From the NCBI RefSeq assembly GCF_009914755.1, contig NC_060929.1: a stretch of DNA of 64,000 nt. One strand, written 5' to 3'. The notes beneath the pieces were generated by a model. It saw nothing but the letters and a program-made list of their open reading frames with translations, ran no database searches and was not told where the DNA came from. Positions 14,591 to 25,169 of this stretch are shown here, piece after piece. This DNA is from the human T2T-CHM13v2.0 reference genome, Homo sapiens. The translations under genes and the position numbers were made by a program. How positions within the stretch are numbered: position 1 is the first letter of the stretch; the number at the start of each line of letters is the position of its first letter.

Positions 14591-15667
14591 TATTTTCCAG
14601 CTTTATTGAGGTATTATTGGTAAATAAAAATTGTATATATTTATGGTGTACAACATGAAGTTCTGATACATGTATCCATTATAAAGTGATTACCACAAGT
14701 AAGCTTATTAACGTATCCATCACCTCACATAATTACCATTATTTTGTGGATGATGAGAACGCTTAAGATCTATCCTCTTAGCAAATTTTCAGTACACAAT
14801 ACAGTATCATTAACCATAGTCACCATGCTGTTTGTTAGCTCTCCAGAATTTATTCATCTAATAATTGAAGGTTTATACCCTTAGACCAAAATCCCCCCAT
14901 TTCCTCCACTTCCCAGCCTCTGGCAACCACCATACAACTTTCTATTTCTATGAATTTGACTTCTTTAGATTCCACATACCAGTATAAGTGAGATCATGAG
15001 GTATTTGTCTTCCTGAGTCTGGCTTATGTCACTTAACATAATGTTCCTCAGGTTCATCTAAGTTGTTGTACATGATAGGATTTCCTTCCTTTTTAAAAGC
15101 TGAATAGTATTCCATTGTTTATATATACCACATTTTCTTTATTCATTTGTCTGTTGATGGACACTTAGGTTTATTCCATATCTTGGCTATTGTGAATAAT
15201 TCTGCAATGAAAATGGGAGTGCAGCTATCTAATGAGATAACACCTCACATCTCTTGGAATGGCTATTGTCAGCTTTTGGAGACCTAAAGACTCATATGTT
15301 AGTAACAATAGGAAAACATACAGCTTTTTCATAAGTGATAGTAAAATCTTATTTCAGTAAAGTAAATAAGTGATCAAGATCATCCAAATTAATTTTCTGA
15401 AAAAGAGAAGTTGCTTTGGATATATACACAGGAGTGGGATTGCTGGATAATGTGGTAGTTCTATTTTTAAGTTTTTAAGAACTTCATACTGTTTTCCACA
15501 ATGGCCTACCAGTCTATAATCCTATAAATAGTGCACAAGGGTTCCTTTTCTCCATTTCTTGGTCAACTCTTATTATTATTTGACATGTTTCTAGTAGCCA
15601 TCCTAACAGGTATGAGGTAATATCTCATTGTGGCTTTCATTTACATTTGCCTGATGATTAGAAAACC

Positions 15668-15928
15668 TTTTTTTTTTTTTTTATATGGAGTCTTGCTCTG
15701 TCACCCAAGCTGGAGTGCAGTGGTGCAACCTCTGCTCACTGCAACTTCTGCTTCCTGGTTTCAAGCGATTCTCCTGCCTCAGCCTCCACAGTAGGTGGGA
15801 TTATAGGCACCTCCCACTACACATGGCTAATTTTTGTATTTTTAATAGAGAACGGATTTCACCAGTGATCTGCCCGCCTCAGCCTCTCAAAGTGCTGGAA
15901 GTACAGGCAGAAGCCACAGTGCCCGACC
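15668..15928 (-). mobile_element. AluS with ~35-bp internal deletion, inside L1M
   Basis: Alu dimer in which tttcacca joins directly to gtgatctgccc, omitting the tgttggccaggctggtctcgaactcctgacct segment. Confidence 0.88.
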
Positions 15929-16103
15929 TAGAGCACCTTTTAATATTAGCTGTGGGCCATTTGTATGTCTTCTTTGAAAAAATGTTTATCCAGGTGACTT
16001 GTTCATTTTAAGATTGGGCTATTTATTTATTTACTATTGAATTATGTGGGTTCATTATATATTTTGGATATTAGTCCCTTAACAAATATGTGGTTTGCAA
16101 ATA

Positions 16104-16205
16104 TTAGGTTGGTGCAAAAGTAATTGCGGTTTTTTTGCCATTACCTTTAAAAAATCACAGTTGCCATTACCTGCAAAAACCGCAAATACTTTTGCACCTA
16201 CCTAG
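16104..16205. mobile_element. MADE1 MITE (Hsmar1-derived), palindromic, with enlarged spacer
   Basis: Terminal inverted repeats TTAGGTTGGTGCAAAAGTAATTGCGGTTTTT / AAAAACCGCAAATACTTTTGCACCTACCTAG. TA TSD at 16102-16103 and 16206-16207; removing it restores L1 gcaaaTAttttct. Confidence 0.93.
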
Positions 16206-16234
16206 TATTTTCTATCAGCTGGGTGGTTGCCTTC

Positions 16235-16638
16235 TGTATTTGTTTGCTAGGGATGGCATAACAAAATACTAAGGACTGGCTAACTTAGACAACAGAAATT
16301 TATTTTCTCAGTCTGGAGGCTAGAAGTCCAAGATCAAAGTGTCAGCGGGTTTGGTTTCTCCTGAGGCCTCTCTCCTTGGCTTGCAGATGGCTGCCATCCC
16401 AATCTGTCCTCACATGGTCTTTTCTCTGTGTGCATGTATCCCTGGTCTCTCTCTCTTCTTATAAGGACACCAGTCAGATTGGATTAGGGCCTTACTAACA
16501 GCTTCATTTTAACTTAATCGTCTTTTTAACTTAATCTCCTCTTTAAAGACCTTATCTCTAAATACTATTACACTCTGAGGTACTGGGGGTTGGGACTTCA
16601 ACACGTGTATTTTAAAGAGAAACATTCAGCCTATACCA
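16235..16638 (-). mobile_element. MLT1B-like MaLR solo LTR
   Basis: TG...CA ends; ctggaggctagaagtccaagatcaa and gaggcctctctccttggcttgcagatgg. 5-bp TSD CCTTC/CTTTC. Confidence 0.85.
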
Positions 16639-16643
16639 CTTTC

Positions 16644-18785
16644 CTTCCATGGCCACGTGATTGGTATGACCAGTCCCTGCAACAATCACTTTGCCCCTTT
16701 TCCCCCAAATCCTAACCATTGCTAACCCACACCATCTGTTTGGATTCATCTCTCAGTGACTCAGTGGTTTTGTCCTCATATAGCTTTACCATCCTAGAAC
16801 ATATCCCACATCCGAAGTGACCACTTTAGAGTTGTCATCTCATACTCAAGATCATTATCTCCTTCTCTCTGGTTCAAATATATATTATTACAGCACCTAA
16901 AATACTTACTAATTCCTGCTCATCAGGTCCAATCAGCATAATGTTGTCAATGTAGTGGACCAGTGTGATATTTGATGGTATGTCAAGACAATCAATATCT
17001 CTGTGGACTATATTAAGGTGAATTGACATACCCCCAAGACAATACTGTGAAGGTATCCTGTTGGCCCTAACATGAGAAAGCCAACTGCTTCTGGTGGTTT
17101 TACAAACAGATATAGAGAAAACAGCATTAGCCACATCAGTAGCTATATACCAAGTGCCAAGTGCTATGTTGATTTGTTTCAGTAAAAATAATACATTTGA
17201 GACAGCAGCAGCAATTGGAATCACTTCCTGATTAAGTTTATGAGTCCACAGTTATTCTACTAGATGTATCCTGTACTGGTGAATTAAATGAGAGTAAGTA
17301 TCACCACTCCTACTCCTTTTAAGACTTTTATGATAGCACTGATTCCTGCAATTCCTGCCAGCCATGCAGTGTTGTGTTTAGTGAGCTAAGTGGAAGCTCT
17401 AAGAGCTCCTGGAGCTTCCATTTAGCTCTCCCTAATAATAGCCCTCATTCTATGGCTAAATCCCAATGTGGGGATCCTGTCAGTTGCTAAGTATGTCTGT
17501 TACAATTATTAGATTGGTGCAAAAGTAATTGCTGTTTTTGCCATTAAAATTATGCTGTTAATACATATTCCAATTACACTGGGAAAGTAGCCACATAGTT
17601 GGTATGTGGACTAACAGTGGTGATTTCTGTCCCCAGGAATTAGCATCAACTCAGAGCCAGTGTTTAGTAAACCTCAAATGATCTGTGTATTTCCTTTTCG
17701 CCAATGCAGTTTCACTAGTAAATGGCCACATGTCGTTTTGGGGAAAGCTTGAAAGAATTTGCCATGTGTACTGTAGCCAAGGTGCAAGATCCTTCTTAAA
17801 GGGAACACAGATTCTCTTTCAACCAAGGGACTATGGGTCTGTGAATTGACTTAGGTCTGAGAACTGAGAGACTGTGACTATCCACTGTGGTGACTCAAGT
17901 CAGGTTTTGGCTACCTGACTTAGATCTTTTTACCTGTTATAAATATCAAGCAATAATCTATTTCAACTGCCTATCTATTTTGTTCTCAGAGCAGCTCCGT
18001 AAGCCAAGGCAGTCTGATTTCCTGCTGCCCTTTAAGGTACATGTGCGCCCACCTTGTCTTTGTTGGTTATGTGCTGCCTGGTTTCTGCTATTCTGAGATC
18101 GTGTCATCCCCATTGAAATCAGGGAGCCCATCTAGATAGTGGCATCCTCTATAGTCAAGGTTTTCAAGCAAGGCTAGTCTCTTTAGACACTGGAGGGCAA
18201 CCTACTTCCACTGATAAGAGAAAGAGTTGGCGTGTTTAAGATTGTCGGTTTCATCTGGGTCCAACCCATTTCAAGTATTGAGATTCTATTATTAAAAAAT
18301 AACACCATTTTACACGAAAAACTCAGAATATGTGTGAATTTAATAGCAGTTATAATTCAGTAACATGAAAATTAAAATTTTGTTTGATTCTCAGCATAAT
18401 TCTTGTTGCTACAATAAACCAGAGCTTTTGGAATTCTGCAGAATATCTCTGGTTCTCATACCATAACTCTGAGAGTTAAAAAACCTGTGCTTGTCATTTC
18501 TCTTTATAACCACTCAAAAGCACGCAAAAGAATCCATCCCACACCAGTCTTTCTAGTCATCTTTATAACCATAGCAGTCAAGTGTAGCAGCCACTTGGGG
18601 CCCCAAGGCACAGGCTTCAGTTGGCACTTCATCAGGATCAACCACAGGTAATTGCTTAATTGAGATGCCCAGCATGTCATGAATTACATTTCCCTTTGGC
18701 AAGGAGCTAAAGCTCAAAACCTCAATCAAACTGACCTTTAATCCCATCTTTGCAGGTCTATTTCTTGGGACTACTCCCGGGACAG
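16644..18785 (-). mobile_element. Degenerate ERV-L internal region (gag-pro-pol remnants)
   Basis: Minus-strand RT remnant PIAAAV...GTWYIATDVANAVFSI...ITLVHYIDNIMLIGPDEQE (16874-17224; YIDD changed to YIDN). Protease remnant *GLLNTGSELMLIPG (~17629-17676; DTG changed to NTG). Confidence 0.85.
17509..17550. mobile_element. Half MADE1
   Basis: TA followed by TTAGATTGGTGCAAAAGTAATTGCTGTTTTTGCCATTAAAA; second arm absent. Confidence 0.8.
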
Positions 18786-19421
18786 GGAAGGCTTAATAAA
18801 AAGAATTGTTAACTATAATAGAGGATTAGAGTAATGAAGGATTCACTAGCAAGAAGAGAACTTTAAAGAATATAGCAACAGCAGCTATAAGGAGCTAACC
18901 TTATAACTAACTCTTGGGTTGAGAGACAGAGTGCCCAATGAAGAACCTCCCCAATTCCTCCCAGGGCTAAGATCTAGACGTTTTTGGAGAGGGCATGACC
19001 TGGCTCACTGAATGGCAGAGAAGTCACCATTGGGCTACGTCTGCAAAGCTTGTGGAAGATGTGCCCTCTGCAACTTGCTGCAAATGCCTCTAGGGTGCCA
19101 GGGAAGTTATTCATGGGGTAGTGTCTCACCTCCTCTACAAAGCTCCTAGAGTTGGGCATGTGAGAGGAAATTGCTAGTTACTGAGCACTATAGGACCTTG
19201 GCAGTGGAGAAAGCCAGGTATGCTGCAAAAGCTTATCAATACACAGAAATCAGGAAGCAAAATCCTTTTTTTCTGTAATGTCTCTTCAGCGCCCTCTGCT
19301 GATAAAGCTTCAGTCCCAGAAGGCAAACGAAAAACTGTTTAAAAGGCTCAGATCCGTTTTTACAGTGCAGTCAAAAAGGGCGAATTTGGAGCTGAGAGGC
19401 AATAAATCAATAACTGGCAGA
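18786..19421 (-). mobile_element. LTR41-family ERV-L LTR, probable 5' LTR of the adjacent provirus
   Basis: Reverse complement starts tctgccagttattgatttattgcctctcagctccaaat...aagctttatcagcagagggcgctg, matching the recalled LTR41 5' consensus. Contiguous with the ERV-L internal region. Confidence 0.7.
19287..19302 (-). promoter_or_regulatory. Candidate CTCF site
   Basis: TCAGCAGAGGGCGCTG on the minus strand closely matches the core CCASYAGRKGGCRS. Confidence 0.65.
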
Positions 19422-19689
19422 AGCATCACTTCTCAGATTACACTCATGGATTTCGTAGTCAGATGTTTCTACATGTGCCTGGACGGCCCTTTGTCAGTCT
19501 CCTTTCCCCCAGGTTTTAACAGGCTGTCACCAAAGGAGGAAATAGTGAGCCCGAAGAGAATGCGCAAGCCCTCTTCTCTTGCATTTCCTCCAGCCCGTCA
19601 CCAAGTACTCTTCCAGGCACGCCAGGCCCGAGTGTCCTAGGATAGGAAACCTGAGCAACAAAGGGAAGTGGGGTGTAAGCTCAACCCCT

Positions 19690-21900
19690 GTTGGACGTGG
19701 GGGTGCTGGCGCCTGAACGCCCCCGAAGGCCTCAACTCCCAGAAAGCTGCCTGCCAGGTCACAAGAGCCCTGTGAGGTCTTCCTATCGCCGGGACACTGG
19801 GAGGCAGGCGCGGGGCGGGTCCGCCGGGCGACGCGCTGTGATTGGGCGCCGTGGGGCCCGCCCCCTCATCTCGGAGCGTCGGGAGGGGGCGGGGCCAGCC
19901 GCCCGCTCGGCTCAGGCGCTGCGGGCGCCTATTGACCCAGCGGCTGCTGCGCCGCCGCTGTCTCCTCCTGCTCGTGGCGGGCGGTGCTGGAGCGCCAAGT
20001 GGCGCTGGAGAACCGGCGCTTCCTTTCGCCGCTTCCGCCGCCATCTCCGCGTTTGTGGGGCGGGAAAGAGGGAGGGGGCTAGCGGCTGCAGCTGGAGCGG
20101 GCTTCTCTCCGGGGACGGTCCTTTCCTCCCTGCTCTCCTTTTCCTTCTTTCCGCGTTGCCGCCGCCCGCCCCCTGCGCCTCCCCGCGGAGCCTGGGTCCG
20201 GGAGGGGGAAGGTAGGGGCGGCGGGGGGCGGGAGAGTCTGGCGAGCGGACGCTAGCTCTGAGGAAACTCATCAATCCGTGAGCCCCGGAGTCCGGGGTGC
20301 ACATCGGCCCAGCCGCAGCGTCGGCGGCGGCGGCGGCAGCAGCACGAAGGGGCTCAGTCGGGGTAGGCGGGGGCGGTGCCGGTGCCGCGGGGGCGGGCCC
20401 GACCGTCCCGCCCAGAAGTTGTAGGGCTTGGCTCCTCGCGATCTTGTTCCTTTCCCCTCCGCTTCTCTGACCTAGCTGCGCGGCCCCGGCCCGGGAGCTG
20501 CCGAACCCGCGCCTCCCCTGGGTGAGGAGGACACGCCTGCCCTCGTCGAGAAAACTTTTCCTGCCGACTCAGTTGGGGCGGCGGTGGCAGGAAGTGCGGG
20601 CAGCGACCTCTCCTCCGCCTGCCCCGCGCGCCCTGCCGGAGGTCGGCGCTGAGCTTGCGATCAAGTTTGTGGGGGCCCCCCTTCCCAGTTGCCGGCGAGT
20701 CTCGCCTCGAGAGGGGCGCCCGACCCCGGGGAGGGCGGCAGGCCAGGGCGAAGGCCAAGGGCGTGTGGTGGCGCCGGAGACTAGGTGCGGAGCAAGGCGG
20801 GGACTCGCACCCGCATCCGAGAGCGCGGAGGTCGCGCAGCCCGGGAGAAGGGAGCCTCCGGCGGCTGCTTCCTAGAGTCCACAGTGCGCTGTCTCCTTTG
20901 GCTGAGGAGAGTGTCCTGGCCCCGAGTCTATCGAGGAAAATGAAGTTAAGCCGCCAGTTCACCGTGTTCGGCAGTGCGATCTTCTGTGTGGTGATTTTCT
21001 CGCTCTACCTGATGCTGGACCGGGGTCACTTAGACTACCCCAGGAACCCGCGCCGCGAGGGCTCCTTCCCTCAGGTAAGCACCTGGGAAGGGGGCGCGGG
21101 GCTCCGAGGGGCCAGGCGTGCGGGCCCCTGGTTAGCGGCTGCTACCCAACCTCTTCCTCCCGCCGCGGCCCCACACCCGTGCTGGGCGAGGCCAGGGGCT
21201 CTGTAGCTCTCGGACGGCAATGATCACCTCCTGGGAGCCACCTCGCCCGGGCGCGCCAAGTTAACAAAGTGCTGGGCGGCGTGCGGCGGCGGCGGCGGCA
21301 TCATCCCGCTCAGGAAAGTGGCCATGTTCCGGCATTCGCACCCGGCCTGTTGGGGTGGCTTCGGGCACCTGCTGGCGGGGGAACGGGCGCGGCGTGAGGC
21401 ACCCCCCGCCAGCCCGGGGCCCGCGTATCCCGGTGGGGTCGTTCTCGGCTCTCACAGGGTTAAGCCGCCCGCACCAGCCCAGAGCCCCTGAGCGCACGGA
21501 GTCGCGGAAATGGATCAAACCGAACCCACCTAGGCTTTTTTTTCTTTTTCTTCCCCGCTGCCTCTGAAGAGAGAGAAGTTTATTTCGTGTTGCGGCCCTT
21601 TTAGATGTGAATCTCTAGGTTGATTTTAGTGTCGTCATTCTTCAGCTATTACATCTGGTTTGTTTGTGGCAGACAGGGGGAACCGAGTGGGGAAGCGCGT
21701 GTTATACTCCGGCCGAAAGCTGTGGGGCGCTCAGTCCTGCGTCCAGTGGTTAAATTGGTAAATGAGTTGGGAAGACGACCCATCCAAAGTCTTATTTAAA
21801 GTTACCAAAAATAAGCAAAGCGGACACAGTCTGTTCCCTTTGGAAGGGTATCCACCGCGCGGCATGTGCGAGTTCAGTTTCAAGTTACTTGCCAATATAA
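19690..21900. promoter_or_regulatory. CpG-island promoter and 5' UTR of MAN2A1 (likely bidirectional)
   Basis: Abrupt GC/CpG-rich block around exon 1. Inverted CCAAT (ATTGG 19841-19845), GC box GGGGCGGGGC (19886-19895), ETS-like CAGGAAGTG (20588-20596), no obvious TATA box. The TSS cannot be fixed from sequence. Confidence 0.9.
20940..21074 (+). CDS. MAN2A1: Alpha-mannosidase 2 (Golgi alpha-mannosidase II), coding exon 1 (aa 1-45): short cytoplasmic tail and type II signal-anchor
   Basis: ATG at 20940 (gaaaATGa) reads MKLSRQFTVFGSAIFCVVIFSLYLMLDRGHLDYPRNPRREGSFPQ, matching the human MAN2A1 N-terminus as recalled. Ends at donor CAG|gtaagc; 135 nt, phase 0. Confidence 0.98.
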
Positions 21901-23246
21901 CCCGTGCACTTCAGAAATTGCGGTGAAACTGGGTATTGTGTAGTGTGTAGTGTGCTCTGTAACGAATGAACCTGAAGAACTCAAACCCTGACAGGGCAAT
22001 CTAACTATTCCTACTTGACTTACGAGAAAGAGAAGCCTAGACGTGAAGTTGATATATATTTTTTTCTCTTTTGTGATAACTTAAATGACCAAAGAATATC
22101 CTTGCCATTTTTTTTGTGTTATGCTAGAGCAAATGGCTTGAATTTAATTGAGATTAAAGTAAAAACTTTACTGGAATTATTGTGAAAGTGAAAAAAGACC
22201 CTTTTATGGATGCTGTCATCAATACAGAGCACTCAACATGTTTTGTCGGTGAGAGGTTTTAAAAATCTTGCTGCAGAGAGATGTATCAAAATTTTAAAAG
22301 CCTCTGCTTCCCCTAGGTAGTATGACAGAGAAAATAGAAACAAGCACTGAGGGCATCTTTAAATCTTGAGCTCAGAGCTTGTCCAGTGCTTCTTGATGAG
22401 GTTGAAGAAAACAGTTGGAAAAAGGTAAGGAGTTTTAAGCTTAGCTTGATATGTTGTGTAATTTTGGGGTTGAAATTACTGTAATTTTTTTCCCTCCAGT
22501 AACCTCATTTTCAGATTTTCCTCCATTACAGGAAAATCATAAAAAGTGATATTTTTACTTAAAGTGTTTTCTAAAATAATGTCCTTTGGCTTTGGCTTGA
22601 TGATCACTTGAAAATGGTTTATGCAAACATCTGGACCTGGGTTTTCTGGCAACCTTGACATTTTCTCTGTTCAGAATCTAAAGACATGAGTGACTCATTC
22701 AGTTACTGAGAAATCTTAGGCAAAGCTAATTCCAGTATTGTAATATCTATCCTTAGTCCTCAATGAGAGGCTGAAGTTCTGCTTTAAGCGTAAAGCATTT
22801 GATGAAAGGTCAAAGTGGCTGCTGGAGGGGAAGGCTGTTGGTACTCAACTGGGAGGTGGAACATTTTGCATTTAAGATTGCCTTTCTCAGATTTTCTGTA
22901 CTGGATTTTCACTGCAGAAAGAAGGTATTCTTTAAGTGCTTGGACGGCCACTGAATCCTCAAGCAGATAGACATTCTAAGACCCCTCTGTAAGCTTAACC
23001 GTTATGTGTGTGACATTAGCCTTCGTATCTTACAGGGTAAAACTTAAGTGGCGAGGGGACTGAGGCACTGAGGCACGGAGAGATTAATTAGCTTGCCCAA
23101 GATCACACAGCTGCAAGCTGAGATTTGAACAGGTAGCCTTTGTAGCCCAGGCTCCCAGCCACTGAGTTGTCTTGCCTCTTAGGAATCTGTTGCCTACTGT
23201 TTAGGCTGCCATTTGCTTATGGAAAGATCTGATGTAAAATATAGAG

Positions 23247-23596
23247 CAGTGATCCTCAACCTTTTTGGTACCAGGGACTGGTTTCCTGGAAGACAGTTTT
23301 TCCACAGACAGGGGTGGGGATGGGGGGAGTCGGGGGTTTCGGGGGATGGTTTGGGGATGAAGCTGTTCCACCTCAGATCATCAGGCGTTAGATTCTCATA
23401 AGGACCATGCAGCCTAGATCCCTGGCATGCGCAGTTCACAATAAGGTTCGTGCTCCTATGAGAATCTAATGCTGCTGCTGATCTGACAGGAGGTGGAGCT
23501 CAGGCGGTAATGCTTGCTGACCTGCTATGCCACTCACCTCCTGCTGTGTGGCCTGGTTCCTAACAGGTCCATGGCCCTGGGGTTGGTTGCCCCCTG
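23247..23596 (+). mobile_element. MER1B hAT-Charlie MITE
   Basis: caacctttttggtaccagggactggttt...cacctcagatcatcaggc.ttagattctcataagga...cccctg; TATAGAG on both flanks. Confidence 0.9.
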
Positions 23597-24863
23597 TATA
23601 GAGCATGTTGCTCTCTGGTACCTTAGCTTATGACTAAAGGAACTTTTATTTTGAAGCCATAATGAATATGGTCCTTTTTCTGAAACATTTACTGCTAGAG
23701 ATTTATACCCTTCCCAGAATGTCTTTGAGCTCATTTCAGAGCTAAACATTATAATGAAAACCATTGTGTAGTCCAGCATCCAGAACTTGAGTTGATTCTT
23801 TTTTTTTTCACTGCTTCTAACTTATTCTTAATAATACCAAACATAGCAAAAGGAGGTTGCAATACATTTGTTTGGCAAGTTTGGGTATTGAATTCTTGAG
23901 TTTTAGTAGAGCCAAGCAGGTCGGTCACTATGTGTCATTTTTTGGTATCTAGTAGAACGGTTTATTTAGATAGGTATTGGGTTCCTCTAAATTGCCCATT
24001 TAGTTGGTTTCAGTTGATACGGAACCTTCACTAGGCTTTAGGTCTATCTTGTAAACAAGATATTTTTAAAGACCATCCTAGATTGAGAGCAATCTATTTG
24101 TTGTTTTTTTGGAGAGCGGGGGTTTGTTCTTTTTCTCTTCTCTCACAACTCTGGTGTTTTCCACCATTTGGCTGGACTCTGGGGCAAGAGTGGGCTGGCC
24201 GAGGGTGCTCCAGTTTCTCTCACCCCGGAACAGCTGCCTGCCTCTAAGATATTCTTTGGAAGTCTATCCTGAAGCACTCCGAAGCCTTGCTTCTGCTTCT
24301 GGGAGGAATTCCTTGGAGGACTAGAGGCAACAGGGGGCCTAATCTGTTGAAACTTGTGTGTATATTTCAGGGTTAATAAATCTCAGCTAAGAAAATTAAT
24401 AAAAATTCCACTGTGAATGAGAGGTTGGTCAGAGACTAATGTCTTGAAAATGCTTTATGATAACTTGGAAGAATTTGAGCAGATGGAAAGGAGAAACTTT
24501 GTTAAGGTCTCCCTGAAATTAGTCATCACTTCTTACAAGCAGATTTCACAAGGTGCTTACTATCTATGGTGTGTATAATAGGGTTGTCTTATTAATTAGT
24601 CTGATGTTTGGATCTGGAGAAGTAAATTAATGAGTCAGGTTTTGTATAACAAATGATCACTTTTTAAGTAATTAGTGTAGCATATGACCGTAGAGATTAA
24701 TATTAACTCTTAAAATATGGAAATTGAGACTCCGATGGAAAATGTGAAAGTGAAGTTAAAACTTTATCTTTTTGCCTATGTAACATTTATCAAGTGAGAA
24801 AGTGAGAATGCCTTTAAATAAGCATTTGATTGAAAGCCATTAGAAGGTGAGAACTTGTATACC

Positions 24864-25169
24864 TTTTTTTTTTTTTCTTTGGGATAGGGTTTTGCTCTGT
24901 CATCCAGGCTGGAGTGCAGTGATGGAATCACAGCTTACTGCAGTGGCCTTGAATTCTTGGGCCCAAGCCATTCTCCCACCTCAGCCTTCTGAGTAGCTGG
25001 GACTACAGGTGTGTATGCCACTGTGCCCAGCCAGTTTTAAAATTTTTATTTTGTGGAGACGGGGTCTTACTATGTTGACCAACTGGTTTCAAATTCTTGG
25101 CCTTAAGCTATTCTCCTGCCTCAGCCTTCCAAAGTGCTGGGATTATAGGTGTGATTCACTGCTCCCAGT
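24864..25169 (-). mobile_element. AluJ, antisense in intron 1
   Basis: Diverged full Alu dimer with poly-T head. Confidence 0.88.

Larger units (their letters stand above)
14595..16234 (-). mobile_element. L1MA8/9-like 3' fragment carrying nested Alu and MADE1 insertions
   Basis: Starts cagctttattgaggta; L1M 3'UTR and ORF2-end text (gatggacacttagg, gggattgctgga, tatctcattgtgg, tttgcaaatattttct). Confidence 0.85.

Noticed and set aside
16874-17224. 116-aa RT-like ORF as a domesticated retroviral gene
   Set aside because: Drifts out of frame mid-ORF, catalytic YIDD is YIDN, and neighbouring pro/gag carry stops. A decayed ERV-L.
19637-21567. Many overlapping 85-200 aa ORFs on both strands in the CpG island
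   Set aside because: Low-complexity Arg/Gly/Pro/Ala translations expected from stop-poor GC-rich DNA, mostly non-ATG starts. Only 20940-21074 is supported by homology and splice signals.
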